64,000 nucleotides of DNA from Octopus bimaculoides (lineage: Eukaryota): NCBI RefSeq assembly GCF_001194135.2, contig NC_068988.1, forward strand, positions 95,973,740 to 96,037,739. Reading direction: 5' to 3'. The notes beneath the pieces are model-generated. The model made no database searches and was not told where the DNA came from. It worked only from the letters and a program-made list of their open reading frames with translations. Of this stretch, positions 49,691 to 62,396 are shown one piece after another. Within the stretch, counting starts at the first letter, position 1. Each line of letters opens with the position of its first letter. Both the position numbers and the translations under genes were made by a program.

Positions 49691-50327
49691 AATAATAATA
49701 GAACATTAAAAGTAGTAATCATATTACTTAGTAAATATGTGGTGTTTCTTAGTTGGCCTAATTTCTGTTGGTCCCATTTAACGAGCTTTGTGTTGTCTCA
49801 TCATACCTGTTGTAACTTCTGCAACATCCTGTTCTAGTCTTAGAATTAGATTTATTAAGTCGGTTATTTATAAACTTGGAGCAGAAGAGTTGTTGGTTCT
49901 TGTGATATCAATCACGGTTTCTCTTTTGTCTTTCGTAAAAACTCTTCAACTCCCAACGGCCCACGGGCCACCTTGCTGTGAGCGTCTAACACTGAATGGT
50001 ACACGGCTGTATGCAGCTCATCAGCTGCAAAGTAAAACAAACCATCATGTCTATTGGTTGTGCTCAGTTCATCGCTTGCTGCAAAGGAGTGTGCATGCAT
50101 GCAGACACGCACTCTTTCTCTCTCTCTCTCACACATTGCAAACAAATAAACACACGCACGCATAAATAGAGCAACAGAAATGGTATCAATGCGCAAAGGT
50201 GAAACATTCACCACTAACGCAACATCCGTTTTTAAGTGGTAAAACACTTTACCTTCTGGTGTTATTAATACTGCTTCTGGACCTCTGTCTATTTTTTTAA
50301 TAAACCCTGTTGGCTTTTAGTGACAGA

Positions 50328-50551
50328 TACGAGAAGGTGCTGAAAAGTTTCTGGCTTTAAGGTTATCACGAAAGGCCTGGTTGGAGGCCCAACCTGCCGA
50401 GTTCTTTTACGGGGCTTAGAAAAACTAAAGGACTGCTGCAATAAGTATGTGAATCTGAGAGGGGGGGAATATGTTGAATAAAATCATGATTAACTGATTC
50501 TGCTGTATTTTTTTCTACCCAAAGCCAGGAACTTTTCAGCACCCTCTCATA
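50328..50551 (+). mobile_element. Mariner-derived MITE retaining the transposase C-terminal codons
   Basis: TIRs TACGAGAAGGTGCTGAAAAGTTTCTGGCTTT / AAAGCCAGGAACTTTTCAGCACCCTCTCATA. Allowing frameshifts, the interior reads FFY.GLEKLKDCCNKYVNLRG.EYVE*, like a mariner C-terminus. Confidence 0.85.
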
Positions 50552-50564
50552 TACATAGCCATCT

Positions 50565-50880
50565 TTATCTTTTACTTGTTTCAATCATTGGACAGCAGCC
50601 ATGCTGGAGCACTAAGCTTGGTACTTATTCTATTGGTCTTGTATTTGATGAACTACTAAGTTATGGGGACGTAATCAAACCAACACTGGTTTTTTGAGTG
50701 GACACACACGCACATGTGTGTGTGTGTGTGTGATGAGCTTCTTTGAGTTTCTATCTATTCAATCCACTTGTAAGGTTTTGGCCAACCTAGTGCTATAGTA
50801 GAAGACATTAGTCCAAGTTGCCACAGAGTGAGATTGAACCTAGGACCATGTGCTTGAGAAGCAAACTTCTTGCTGCACAA
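50565..50880 (-). mobile_element. SINE family B
   Basis: CTTTTACTTGTTTCAATCATTGGACAGCAGCCATGCTGGAGCAC...GATTGAACCTAGGACCATGTG. Confidence 0.85.
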
Positions 50881-51043
50881 ATACACCTCTACCTAACCAT
50901 GCCAGTGCTTCCATCTGTGTATTTATGCTTAAAGCAAACACATTGCGAAATATTTTTGTGTATTTAAACACAAATATATTCCATAAGAGATATTATCTCT
51001 GGATGAATACCCCCATTAATTTGCCTTTTTACCATATCTTTTG

Positions 51044-51075
<32 letters not shown>

Positions 51076-52391
51076 TCATTATTGTGGTAGATATTGCAGT
51101 CATATAACTAAAAGTCATATTTGTTTTGACCAAATGTATATTCCAGTAAGAAACTATTATTATTGAAGCTTTATTCACCAAACAAAGATTTCAATAGAAT
51201 TATTTATGCACTTGAATCAACTTCCAGCACCCAAAATACAACCCTGTCTTTATTGACTGACAATTATATATTCTCTGCAGAACTATTCAACGTGAAGTTA
51301 ATGAAGCATTCTCTATTTCATGGCAATCAGAAATGTTGATTTGAATATTATTATAATGGAAGCACTGCATAATATTGGTTTTAGAACATTTATTTTCATG
51401 GGTGTTTGGGGCCCAATGAGCCATATGTCTTTTGTATGGCTAAAGCTTTGTTTTGTTTTAAGTTGATCCATTCCAAATTTGTAAAGACTTTTCTACAGGA
51501 GCAAACATTGAACTTGGTAATTATTTGTGACTACATTCTATCTTGTTTTCGGCTTGACCTTTAGAATTGTTTCATTGCCTTCTCCTCTGTAATGAATATA
51601 TATTTAGACCTGCATAGTAAGGATTGGGCAAATATTTCTGCAGGATACACTGACACCCAGGTAAATGAATACATAACACAGACAGTTAAGCATGTGTGTG
51701 TGTATTCCTTATTCCCTTGTGATAAGCTAGAAGACAGGAAATAAGGGGCTAAGGTTTCTTAGCAACAATTATTGAAGCTTAATATCAAATAACTAGATTC
51801 ATAAGGGTTTCTCATAGGATCACTTTTCTTTTCTCTTGCATTCAGTTGATGGGTTAGGGTTAGGGTTAGTGTGGTGGTGGTGGTGGAGGAGGAAAGGAGT
51901 AGGGGTTCAATCCCCCAAGCATGAGATTTATGTATATGTTATTTATATATACTTTCTGTGTATATATATATCTCTATATTGTGAGTAAGCATTTTCCCTC
52001 TCATTAGAATCGTGAGCTGTTGTCTTGTTTACCATTTCTAATGTTCTACTCGTGACTAATATACTCCCATTAGTAAACCTTTGAAGTAAGAAGACTGCTT
52101 GGGATATAAAAATTCATGTAAAGACAAAAAAAGAAAAAAGAGGGAGGGCTAAGTTGAGGTTTATGTGGGATGGGGGGGGGGCAATGTGATCTTGCACCTT
52201 AACAAGATATATATTGAAAAACTTTGGTATAACACTTAGAATATAAGTTAAGTATATTTGTGTGTGTGATGGTAGAGGGCAAAGCAATTGCATAATGCTG
52301 GTTCAAACCCATTATGGCTCCTTCATTTATGTTCCTCAAGTGTTTGGGAAATTCATGAACTTTCTAATCCCTTTAAATATTTTTTCTACTT

Positions 52392-52586
52392 TAGGCATAA
52401 GAACCAAAATTTGGGGGGGGGATTGATTAGATCAATCCCAGTATGCAACTGGTACTTAATTTATCGACCCCAAAAGGATGAAAGGTAAAGTCGGCCTTGG
52501 CGGAATTTGAACTCAGAACGTAAAGACAGACGAAATACCGCTAAGCATTTCCTCCGACGTGCTAATGTTTCTGCCAGTTCGCCACC
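52392..52586 (-). mobile_element. SINE family A, low divergence
   Basis: ACTGGTACTTAATTTATCGACCCCAAAAGGATGAAAGG...GGAATTTGAACTCAGAACGT...CTGCCAGTTCGCCACC. Confidence 0.9.
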
Positions 52587-52739
52587 TTAATCCCTTTAAA
52601 TATTGAAGCCTTATTACTTACACTAAAAATAAATACAAAACCCTGTGTGTTTCACTCTCTCTTTCCATCTCTCCTATATGACATAGAAATTTTTATGGAA
52701 ATAAGATGTCTTATAGACTTACCTTTGTCAGCACGGCAA

Positions 52740-52772
<33 letters not shown>

Positions 52773-53179
52773 TTTCTGGCATGTTTTGTCTGGGTTGTAA
52801 TTTTCCTTTATTCTTTCATTTACCCTTCACATTATTTCACCATTGATATTCTTCAACTGCACAAAACATACATTCTTTAACATGTTTCCCAGGAATTAAT
52901 GATACACCCGTCCCATTCATAGCTGTCATAGTTAATATACCCCCACCCAGGGTACCATCTATGCCTCCTCTAATACATGCATACAACAGCTTCACTGTTA
53001 TTACACACACACACTCATATATTCTCATTTTCATTTTGCTTTCTCTTTCTCTCTTTCTCTCTCTTTCTCTCTCTCTCTCTCTCTAAGCTGTATCTTGTTA
53101 TTGTTATGTACACTGACTTGGATTCCCTAAAATGCTCTTCAGTGATCATATATTAGTCATAGTGACAGATGTAAAAGAG

Positions 53180-53380
53180 AAAACCTGGAGGGAGTCGCTG
53201 TTTGGCTGCTTAACCTGTTAGGCATAGAAATAATGGTTTTGTGATAATCTAGTCTAACCTCAAATTTCTGTCCCTTTTGTTCCCCATGTCTCCCTAGCCA
53301 ACATGACATTGTTGTTTTAATGTTCTTTTTCCTTTTTTCATGCTGGCCTGGATTGGACAGGTCTACAGCGGACAACATAT
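53180..53380 (+). mobile_element. Repeat family D, degenerate
   Basis: GCTGTTTGGCTGCTTAACCTGTTAGGCATAGAAATAA...CCTCAAAT. Confidence 0.45.
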
Positions 53381-53984
53381 CATTGCTGTTCATTGCAGGT
53401 CATCTTGTGTGAGAGACTCAACATCTGCAACTCTCACCTGACCATCTCTTTTCATGGCTTCCAGTTGATTTATATCTACATTGGGTAAACTTTAGCGTTG
53501 GTCAGTTTAATTCCNNNNNNNNNNCCCCCGTCATCATAATTTGTTTTCTCTTTTTTTGTTCCTGGATGGATTTGGTTTATTGTTTCATCCTGAGTTAATT
53601 AAAGGTAATAATATTCATCTACATACAGAAATGGCTGTGAATAAGAATATTCTGGAGTGAGATGCCTTACACTGTTGTGTAAATATGAACATTGTAACCA
53701 TTCTTTCTAAAGATACGGTAAACCCTGCAGAATCTCTCTCGTTTTCATCTCTGGTGTTACACTTTCCAGATCCTTTCCGGCTTTGTTTGCTTTTTATCTC
53801 TTTTAGTTGTTGTATGATCAGTTAATCTAATTACACTAATTACACATTAGCGTTTCTAAGTCTATCAGAATGAATTTGATTGAAAAATAATAGCAGGAAA
53901 CCTATACTTCTTCATCTCTACTTCATTATCCACAACACTAACATGGTGCTTTGTTTATATTTTCTCTTGTATATCATTTTGAAG

Positions 53985-54028
53985 CTTCCACAGACGTGTA
54001 CCTCTCCTTCCACAGACGTGTACCTCTC
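53985..54028. repeat. 22-bp perfect tandem duplication
   Basis: CTTCCACAGACGTGTACCTCTC x2. Confidence 0.95.
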
Positions 54029-54744
54029 CTATTTATCACCAAATAACAGTTGTGCAGTTGGATCTTATCTACACTTAGTGCTTTTATGTATTTCTTTCTC
54101 TTGTCAGCAATTCTTGATACATACATCTTTAATTCCCAGGCCATGTATTATATTTCATTTCAATCTGTTTAATTCACATATATTATATAAACTACTTCCA
54201 TTTAACTCTTTTCATAACTTTGACATTGCAGGTTATCACTTTCTAGAAATTGTTGCCATTCTTGATATGACCCAACCCACCAGCTAACCTGCTTCTATCA
54301 TATAACCTCCACTTTTTATCTGTGCAGATATTAAGATATTCTATACATTATCCCTCTTACCAGTAAGTCTTGGCATTGAATTAGATTTCAGCTCACAAAC
54401 TAGCATGCACTTTCCTCTCGTGTGTCTGGTGTTCAACCAATAGTTTGTACTGATATTCCTAGTTAACCATAGTGAATAGAAGAAATGGTTAAATGGGTGT
54501 GACATTGTACTAGCTTAAAAGCTTTTTGTTCTCAAAACTTAGCCTGAAATTCTAGAATTCTTTTCACCTTGTTGCAGACAAACATTTGTTGTATATTTGG
54601 GCAGCACACTTAATTCAATATATTTCACTTCATGTAGCAGTTTGCTAACAAATCTTAATTAAGTTCATGTCCTCTCCAGGTTGGGTCTTCTGTCTTTAAT
54701 GAACACCATAAAAACTCATCAAAGCATCAGTTTTTAGAAGTCCT

Positions 54745-54805
54745 CAGTCAAACCGTCCAACCCATGCCAGCATGGAAAACGGACGTTAAACAACAACGAT
54801 GATGA

Positions 54806-54808
<3 letters not shown>
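54745..54808 (+). mobile_element. Family C extreme 3' tail followed by (TA)n to ~54899
   Basis: TCAAACCGTCCAACCCATGCCAGCATGGAAAACGGACGTTAAAC...GATGATGAT. Confidence 0.85.
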
Positions 54809-54901
<93 letters not shown>

Positions 54902-55666
54902 ATACCTGTGCATTATCTAAAAACTGATTTAACTTCCTCCTCACTAGAGAGAAATTATTTTTATGATTTACTTAAGTTTTTTTCCTTTCATTACCGTAAT
55001 TGTTTTGTACTCAACTCTCTTTGCAGTATTAGAAATGTAACTGTTTGTAATCACCATGAATTTCATAATGATAGTATTGTATTTTTATAAATTACCAACC
55101 AAAATTACAGTTTGTACCAAACTGCAGCACAATTGACTACATTTAGTGATCTTCGGTGTTAGTCAGTCAATTGTCTATTGTTGCCAATTTTCAGCTCATC
55201 TACCATTTCTAGGTGTTGCTTTTATCTGATTCTGTCTTAAGGCAGTTCGTTAGTTAAATGTTATTCTTTCTCAGCACATCGTGTCCCGATTTCTTTTCTT
55301 TGCTTTTGGCTTCTCAGATTTTCTTTTCCCTTTCTAAACACATTCAACTGTGCTGTGATAACATCTTAATTAGTAATTATACTTTTGTTTCCTTTTTAAC
55401 GAAATTGTGTGTGTGTGTGAATAATCTTTAATGTGTGCTACACCTGGATTAAAGTAAATTAGTGACAGAGGGGGTGGGGGAATTCTTTCAAAATGAATAA
55501 ATTTGAACTGCAGTTTTCATTTTATTTTCACATTGTGAACATAGGTGTGTTACCAGCTAAAGAATTTCTTCTTGTTTCACTCTTCCATTTTTACTTTGAT
55601 TATTTTAATGAGTACACATCATCATCATCATCATCATCCTCATCTACACCAAACTCTACGCCATTG

Positions 55667-55747
55667 TCACCATGGCTTTTCCTCTAGAGTTGTGAATCTC
55701 TTTGCAGACACTAACCGAGTTCTATACTTATCTTGCAGCTTCCAAAC
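55667..55747 (-). CDS. Candidate terminal coding exon (VWKLQDKYRTRLVSAKRFTTLEEKPW*), product unknown
   Basis: Strong acceptor GGTTTTTGTCTCTTTTACCACAG|G and an open phase-0 frame to TGA. No homology recognised, and the opposite strand is also open. Confidence 0.2.
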   Translation of the reverse strand, partial: VWKLQDKYRTRLVSAKRFTTLEEKPW

Positions 55748-58049
55748 CTGTGGTAAAAGAGACAAAAACCATGATGATACATACAGTATCTTTACAAGAA
55801 AGATTTGCCGACTATATTTCACAAGGTGATATTGCTACTTCTTGTCCCACCCATGGTTAAAACAATTATCTCTTGTAGTAGTCCGGAGCTGCTTTTCGCC
55901 ACCCTCCTCCCTGCTATTTCACCCTAGTTAATTATCTCTTTCAAACCTGTAGGTCACCAAGCAGATAAAATTCCTCAATGTCAACTAAGACAGAGCAACA
56001 TATAAATTCAAGAAAAGCATTTCTCTGCTAGATTGGATTTGACATTTTTATGGCTTACACTTGCTCCTCTCGAGAAGCAAGTGTAAGTGAAAAGAAGCAC
56101 TTTTTACGTAGCATTTTTATTGCAGTTGGATATAAAATGGCTACTGAAGTATTTAAATCTAGAATTATAAACATTTATCTATTTCTATTATACAAGTATC
56201 TGAACTCTTTTGAAAATAAAACCTTCTTTTAGTCATCCCTTCTATACACAAGTTAGGTTTTGAAGAGGGTTTAACGGTGCACTGTTTTTCGATGGGCAAA
56301 AAGAAAATCTTGTTTTTATGACATGAAATGAAATATGAAATTAGTGAGGACACTCAACAAGTGTTTCGTCAAGTAGCAGCTGTTGACTAGCTTCTTCAGT
56401 GAATTAAGCCAATATGCCTTTGATCTTTGAAAAGTACAGTTGTTGTAACTGTTGCTTTAATCACTTTAGCTGCCTATGTTGGTCCTTTTGGTACAAGTTA
56501 TTTTGCTAAAATAACTCCTGTTCTTCTTAATCTGTTGTAAGGTCACCAAATCAACAGAGCAGATAAATAACATTAGTATATTTAACAGAAACTGTTAGTG
56601 TTTCTGTTCACGAGACTAGCCTTATAATTAATAGGCTTCAAAATTGGTGAGTATACCAAGTCGAGAACCAACTAAAGCTTGAGTCATTGACTACTTGAAA
56701 TAAACCTAGTAAAATGTCAGCTATTAAAACCTGTTTCACCCTTCACCTATGCTAATAATGCTTTCATTGAGTTCAATGATAATGGAGAAATTCCTTGGCA
56801 GGTATAAATCTTGCCAGGGTCGTCTCTGCTTTTTCTTCCATCTGGATCCATAAAATAAACGCCAGTTCTCTATTGGAATCAGTTTAGGTTACTAAAGTTT
56901 TCTCTTTTAGATTTTTATCTTGTTTCAGTTTGAGAAATCATTATTTCATTGGTGAGTCCCCAAGAAATTAATTAATTAATTAGTGAGGTCCTCTAGTGTA
57001 GCTCAATTTACATTGATTTCTTATGCCGATACTTTAGTTAATCAATAGGTGTTCTGTTGCTCTGTAATTGCTTGACATCTAATCAGCCAGGAAGACTTGT
57101 TCTTGGTCATCTTAATGCTTGGATAACTAAGAATAACTATTTTGTTATTCAAACGTTCTTTGTTATTCTTTGAATAGCAAGGAAGAAGTACTGTGTTTGA
57201 AAGAGAAATTATTCTTTGAAGTAGGCATCCCCCTAATGCTTGACAATTCTCTTTAAATTTGGAAGGGAATATGTCTGTAGAGGTAAGTGAAATAAGCGAT
57301 ATAGTTTATCAATGGGGCTTATATTTTCCACTTCAAAACTTCTCCATTTTCTAGGTTTTATTTACTGCTTTACAACTTGGTTAAAACATAACTAATAATT
57401 TTAGTCTGTTTAGAATGTTCTAGATTTAACTTTTAACAAGCTACTTATATATAGCTGCTCTTAACAAATTTGAAAGGTAACATATATTAGTACTAATAAA
57501 GTCTGGTGACAAGTACGTTGGTGCTAACAGTCATAAACCATGAGGGCATTTGCTAACAAAGATGGATCACAATTATGCTGGTGCTAACAAATCTGGATTT
57601 ATTCTAACCTGAACCGTTTATGTTTAAAATACTTTGTTTTCCTCCAGCTTCAAACATAAAGCTTGAACCATTTTTTGCTTTGGTTTTAAATTACAAGGTT
57701 GGTTCAACTGGAAATGATTGAGTAAAAAATGGCTCATATTTTAAAATATGATGCAATATTAATGAAATTATTCTAAGAGGAGAAATATGTAATTTTATAG
57801 TTTTTCATATGAAAAATTGTTTGCATTTGAACCATCCTGTGTATTTTGATTTTGTTTTTTTAAGATGTTTTTGAAAAATTTGCATTCCTTTTTTAATAAC
57901 AAACAAAATCCAAACAATAACAGATATACTTATGTCCAAATTGCCAAACTCATTCAACCATGGACCAAAATGGTAATGATTTGACTGATATTTAGATCTG
58001 GAATGAGTGCAAAATACTATTCCAAGTGTGATTAATAATATTTCTAGAA

Positions 58050-58660
58050 TCCTTAATCATTGGTGGTAAAAGCATCAGTGAAGAAATTCTTCAAAACACT
58101 TTAGCCGTTTGATAAAGAAAAGAATCTAAATCGGAGCTTTCTCAAAAAGCTCACAAAAAGTTGTTGAGAAATTCTGTTACTTTGGTAGTATTCGAGGAAG
58201 GGTCATCAACTCTGTTGTTTCACTGAAGACTAGGTTTTTGGATTCACTGTAACCTTGGCATCTGCAGTTATGCTAAACTTTTACTATGAGTCCCATGTCA
58301 ATAGATATTATGACGGATGGGCCAACTGTCTCAACCAGACATAGTGAAAGTGTATTAAAGCAAGAATTACAGAGAAATGCAAGAAATTCAGGATAAATTT
58401 TATTCCTATTAGCAGACTAGATTAAGCATGATAACTCATGGCATTGTATTAGTGTGTATCCGTGAATAGTGGAGATCTGCATCAGTTTGAGAGGAACCTA
58501 TTAAGTAACGCGTATTGACTGCAATGTTAAGATATACAGAAGTTTGAGAACAAAGTCCTAAGTTAATGTATATGGAAGAAATGGCTAGACACAAGTGAAT
58601 GGATGGTACACGAGTGTTTGCTGTAATTGTGGGAGAGGTAAATGGTGAATCACATGAAAT
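58050..58660 (+). mobile_element. Degenerate RTE-type LINE ORF remnant
   Basis: GTTGAGAAATTCTGTTACTTTGGTAGTATT encodes VEKFCYFGSI, like the RTE V.kF.YLGS motif after the RT domain. The remainder is broken by stops. Confidence 0.45.
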
Positions 58661-58752
58661 GACACAAATGTAAAGAGGCTTATCTCACTTACTACAAACT
58701 TACCAATTCCATTACTTGCATGAGAAACCAGACAGTAACATAAATTGAAAGT

Positions 58753-58965
58753 TTCCACTCTTTAGTATCATACCTGGTCAAAATATTTTATGCATGACAT
58801 GGCCAAATCCAGCCTCTCGTGCCAACACTACAATGATGTTATTCTAAGAATACACAATCACATTATTGAAATCTTGAGGCAACAAGATAATGAATGATTA
58901 AATCAAAACAATATGAGTAAATAAGCAATAGATTTGATAGAATAATTAGAATGTTAAAGAGCTAA
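58753..58965. mobile_element. piggyBac-like MITE, degenerate
   Basis: Ends CACTCTTTAGTAT... / ...ATGTTAAAGAGCTAA, resembling a TTAACCCTTTAGCAT/ATGCTAAAGGGTTAA-type MITE (recalled). Confidence 0.5.
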
Positions 58966-60139
58966 AGATAAATGAATGATTCCCCACTGGAATAAATTGA
59001 GAGTTAATTTAGCTGCGGACATTAAATGATGATGACCAGGCCTTTTATGGCATTTGATTAAATGATTAATGTTAATTGGCGTTCGGGATTATGTCTAGTT
59101 TGAGACTGAATATGATCCACTGGTACCAACATTTTGGAGAACAACGTAACTTGTCTCGATACTAATGCTGGAAAATTACTTGGGCACTTAACCACTCTTT
59201 GTAGAAAAGAATTACAGCTGATTGGATAATCCTCAATATAATAATCTTAGTATTTGTTTTACAAATTTTGCAATGGAAAGTAAAATTAATCTCAGAAGAT
59301 AAGATTAAAGACTACAATTTATTTAAATCAAAGCCCTTCCATTTCTGCCAACTCACATGTTTACAACATTACTGTAAATAGTTAAATATGAAGCGTATAT
59401 TTCTGATTTTAATGATTTACATTTGTCATCCATCAATTCTTTGGCACCAGTTGTAAACAGGGATTTATAGAGTTCATTTTTATTTGGTGATGGTTTCATT
59501 TTGTGCTTTTCCTATTTATATATCCTTGGTTTTACCTATTTATGAATACTCTATACCTCGCCTATTTATAATACTCTGTGCTTCACCTATTTATAATATA
59601 CTCTTCACCAATTTTTCCAACATCTGTCTAATAAAGTTTGTCTGTTATAAATTTTCGTTTTTTTGCACACAGGTAAAAATGTTTGTTTCTTCATCTTATT
59701 TGTTTTGTTTTTTGTTACTTTTATATTTCAAATAAATCTGGCTTTCTCTGTGAAACAATTCTCAGTGTCTAAAATTGTTATTGTTAAATGTTTTGAAGTT
59801 ATTCTTATTAAAATATTGCAAATTCTACCTTAACCAATTTTTTAGTATCTAATGTCCTTCTTTTAAACCAATTTATGATAAAAAAAAAAATTTTTTTTTG
59901 AATAAATAAAAATTATTAAGATTTATTTATTTTAAGAAGAAATAAATATATTTTGAATTTTAAAAGTTTTTGATTTTTAAAAGATTTCCATTTTGATCCA
60001 TTTTAGTTGCAAATTAGTCCTTCAAAGAATGGCATGGTTATTTAGGCCCAAGAGTATGTGTATATATATATACAGATGAATGGTGGTTGGTTGAATTGGC
60101 TGTTAAACATTTTATTGCCTTTAAAAGATGAAAATTAAC

Positions 60140-60320
60140 ACACCAACACTGGTTGCCAAGTGGTGGGACAAACACACACATAAACAGGCTTCTTTCAGTT
60201 TCTGTTTATCAAATCTACTCACAAGGCTTTGGTTGGCCTAAGGCTATAAGTAGAAGACTCTTGCCCCAATGTGCCAGACAGTGGGTCTGAATCCGGAACC
60301 ATGTGGGTGGTTGGAAAACA
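60140..60320 (-). mobile_element. SINE family B, partial
   Basis: ACACCAACACTGGTTG...TCTTTCAGTTTC...ACTCACAAGGCTTTGGTTGGCC...CCGGAACCATGTG. Confidence 0.8.
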
Positions 60321-61173
60321 AACTTTTTGCCAGGGCCATTCCTCGGCCATTATCTCTCGTATTAAAAACCTTGGACATATTTGTTTCCACAACCATGTTC
60401 AGCCCCAACTCTGTAAAAAGAAGACCATTAAAATATTAATAAATGTGTTAAGAAAAAAAACTTTCTATTAATACTGAAGAAGAAAAAAAACCTTTTTTCT
60501 TTTTTCTAAAAGAATGGTTATAGAGAAAGATTAATCAAGAAATATTTCATACATTTTTATTACATGGTAATGGAGAATGTTTTTGGCATTTCAAGTACTG
60601 ATAATTATGAGACAGGTTATTTAGTTTTTAAAGTTCAGCAAGATAAATTTTAAAACTATTTTTTTTCTTTCTTACTAATCAAAATAGACAATTCTTGAAG
60701 TATTTCAGTTTTTCGTTTTCATTTCCATAGTAACCACATTTACAATATTGATAGACAAATAATGTTTTATTTTTGAATAATTCTATTTTATTCACAATAT
60801 TTTGGTTGTTGTCAGTCTGGTTACTTACTGGTTTCTCTAATTTCAACTCCACCCAAGAGTTGCCTTGTTGAGAATGGTCATACCATCCAGATTACTACAG
60901 AGATAAAAAGTTGTTCTATCAGATGATAGAGTTGCGTGTGTGTGTGTGTGTGTGTGGTTGGGGGTGAATGAAGAAAGTGAGAAGTGTAGAGCTATGGGAC
61001 ACTGATATTTATGAAGATAAATGATAAAGACGGTACAGATGTTACCATTCACAGACGCTGCTTTCTTCTTCTTTACATTGGTTGAGTGATACACGTGTGT
61101 TAGCTTCACATGGAGCTCATAACTTCTTCTTTCTTAACAACACATAAATGTTAAAGATTTGATAATTTAGCAT

Positions 61174-61460
61174 GTTATTATTGCATTCGGATTATGTCAA
61201 TTTCTTTTATTTAACCTTGCCCAGAAAAGCACCGTGTTTTGCACAGTTGATCATACATACCGTTTCCAGAGAAATTGGATCCTTGCTCTTTGTTCTTCTT
61301 TGATGCACATTGCTTGTGGAGTGGCTATGCTTACTCTGTAAAGCCAGAAAGGGAAATGGCACAATCAGGCTTAGACTTCCATCATAGGACCACAATAGCA
61401 CCAACCACAAGAGTACCAACTATAAGCACGCATGCGCAGAAGGCAGTGTGACAATAATAA
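61174..61460 (-). mobile_element. Internally deleted mariner remnant with the transposase N-terminus
   Basis: Minus frame from 61328 reads IATPQAMCIKEEQRARIQFLWK, resembling mariner N-termini of the MAAPL..CTKEEQRAVIRFLW type. Bounded by TTATTATTG / CAATAATAA. Confidence 0.55.
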
Positions 61461-61499
61461 AGATATGGTATGGTGAAAGTGCGGATAGTGTTTGACTTA

Positions 61500-61742
61500 C
61501 CCTTGTGTGTGTGTTCACCTTTGTGTCTGTGTTTGTCCTCTCAGCACCACTTGGCAACCAGTGTTGGTGTGTTTACATCCCTTGTAACTTAGCAGCGCAG
61601 TAAAGGAGACCATTAGAATAAGTACTAGGATTTAAAAAAGAATTAAAGTACTTAGGTTGATTCATTCAACTAAAATTTCATCAAGGCGATGCCCCAGCAT
61701 GGTCACAGTGTAATAACTAAAAGAAGTAAAACATGAAAGGTA
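61500..61742 (+). mobile_element. SINE family B 3' half
   Basis: GTGTTTGTCC...GTTGGTGTGTTTACATCCC..GTAACTTAGC...AGAATAAGTACTAGG...CCCCAGCATGGTCACAGT. Confidence 0.85.
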
Positions 61743-62166
61743 AATACCTGCATGGGTTGGACAGGTATGCTAAAGAGCATATCACAGCTTGTCATGATTC
61801 TTTGTTAACTCCTGTGTGCAGTCCAATATCTTTAAGATATCGTCTCACCATTTCTTTCTACATCTTCTTTCTCTCCAACTGTGTTCCACAATAAGCATAC
61901 AGCTATCTTCTTGGTTGGTATTTACTGTGTTTACCAATATATTTTCTAATGTATTACAGAAAACTGCTTTTGAATATATATTTTCCTATTTTAGTAAACT
62001 CCAAGAGTCTCAAGCAGCCATGTATAAATACTTCTTTTCCAATTTAATTTTATTCTGTTGTTTTCTTTAAGCTTTTTACTGAGATTATAAAGAAATAATG
62101 AAGCTACCTAAATCCATTTTACAGCTCTATACTTTCATGTAGTGAATTTTGGACCATTGGTGACAG

Positions 62167-62396
62167 ATAACTCTTTCGTTACCAACCTGGCTGAGACCAC
62201 CTCTAGCTCTGAATACAAATGTCTTATTTTCATAAGTTTTGAATAAAAATCTTACACCAAACTTTAGTCACAATTTATGTTCCTAACACTAGCTGAATGA
62301 TATAACTAAGTTATTTTACTAAAATCGTTGTTATATTTAAAGTAATTGAAAGAAACACAGAGCATCTCGAAATAAATACAGTAACGAAAGGGTTAA
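62167..62396. mobile_element. piggyBac-like MITE
   Basis: TIRs (ATAA)CTCTTTCGTTAC / GTAACGAAAGGG(TTAA). Confidence 0.75.

Noticed and set aside
55600-55666. Acidic poly-Asp C-terminus continuing the 55747 exon
   Set aside because: On recount it is out of frame (stop at 55667-55669). The (CAT)n run is an ordinary microsatellite.
56059-56158. 100-nt minus exon candidate (LNTSVAILYPTAIKMLRKKCFF…)
   Set aside because: Its phase is incompatible with neighbouring candidates, and the donor is one arm of the 34-bp palindrome.
58774-58843. Minus-strand exon candidate ending CCAG|GTATGA
   Set aside because: It lies inside the piggyBac-like MITE at 58753-58965.
61261-61335. 75-nt minus-strand exon with strong acceptor and donor
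   Set aside because: Its best frame reads as a mariner transposase N-terminus inside a TE remnant. Exonisation cannot be shown from sequence.
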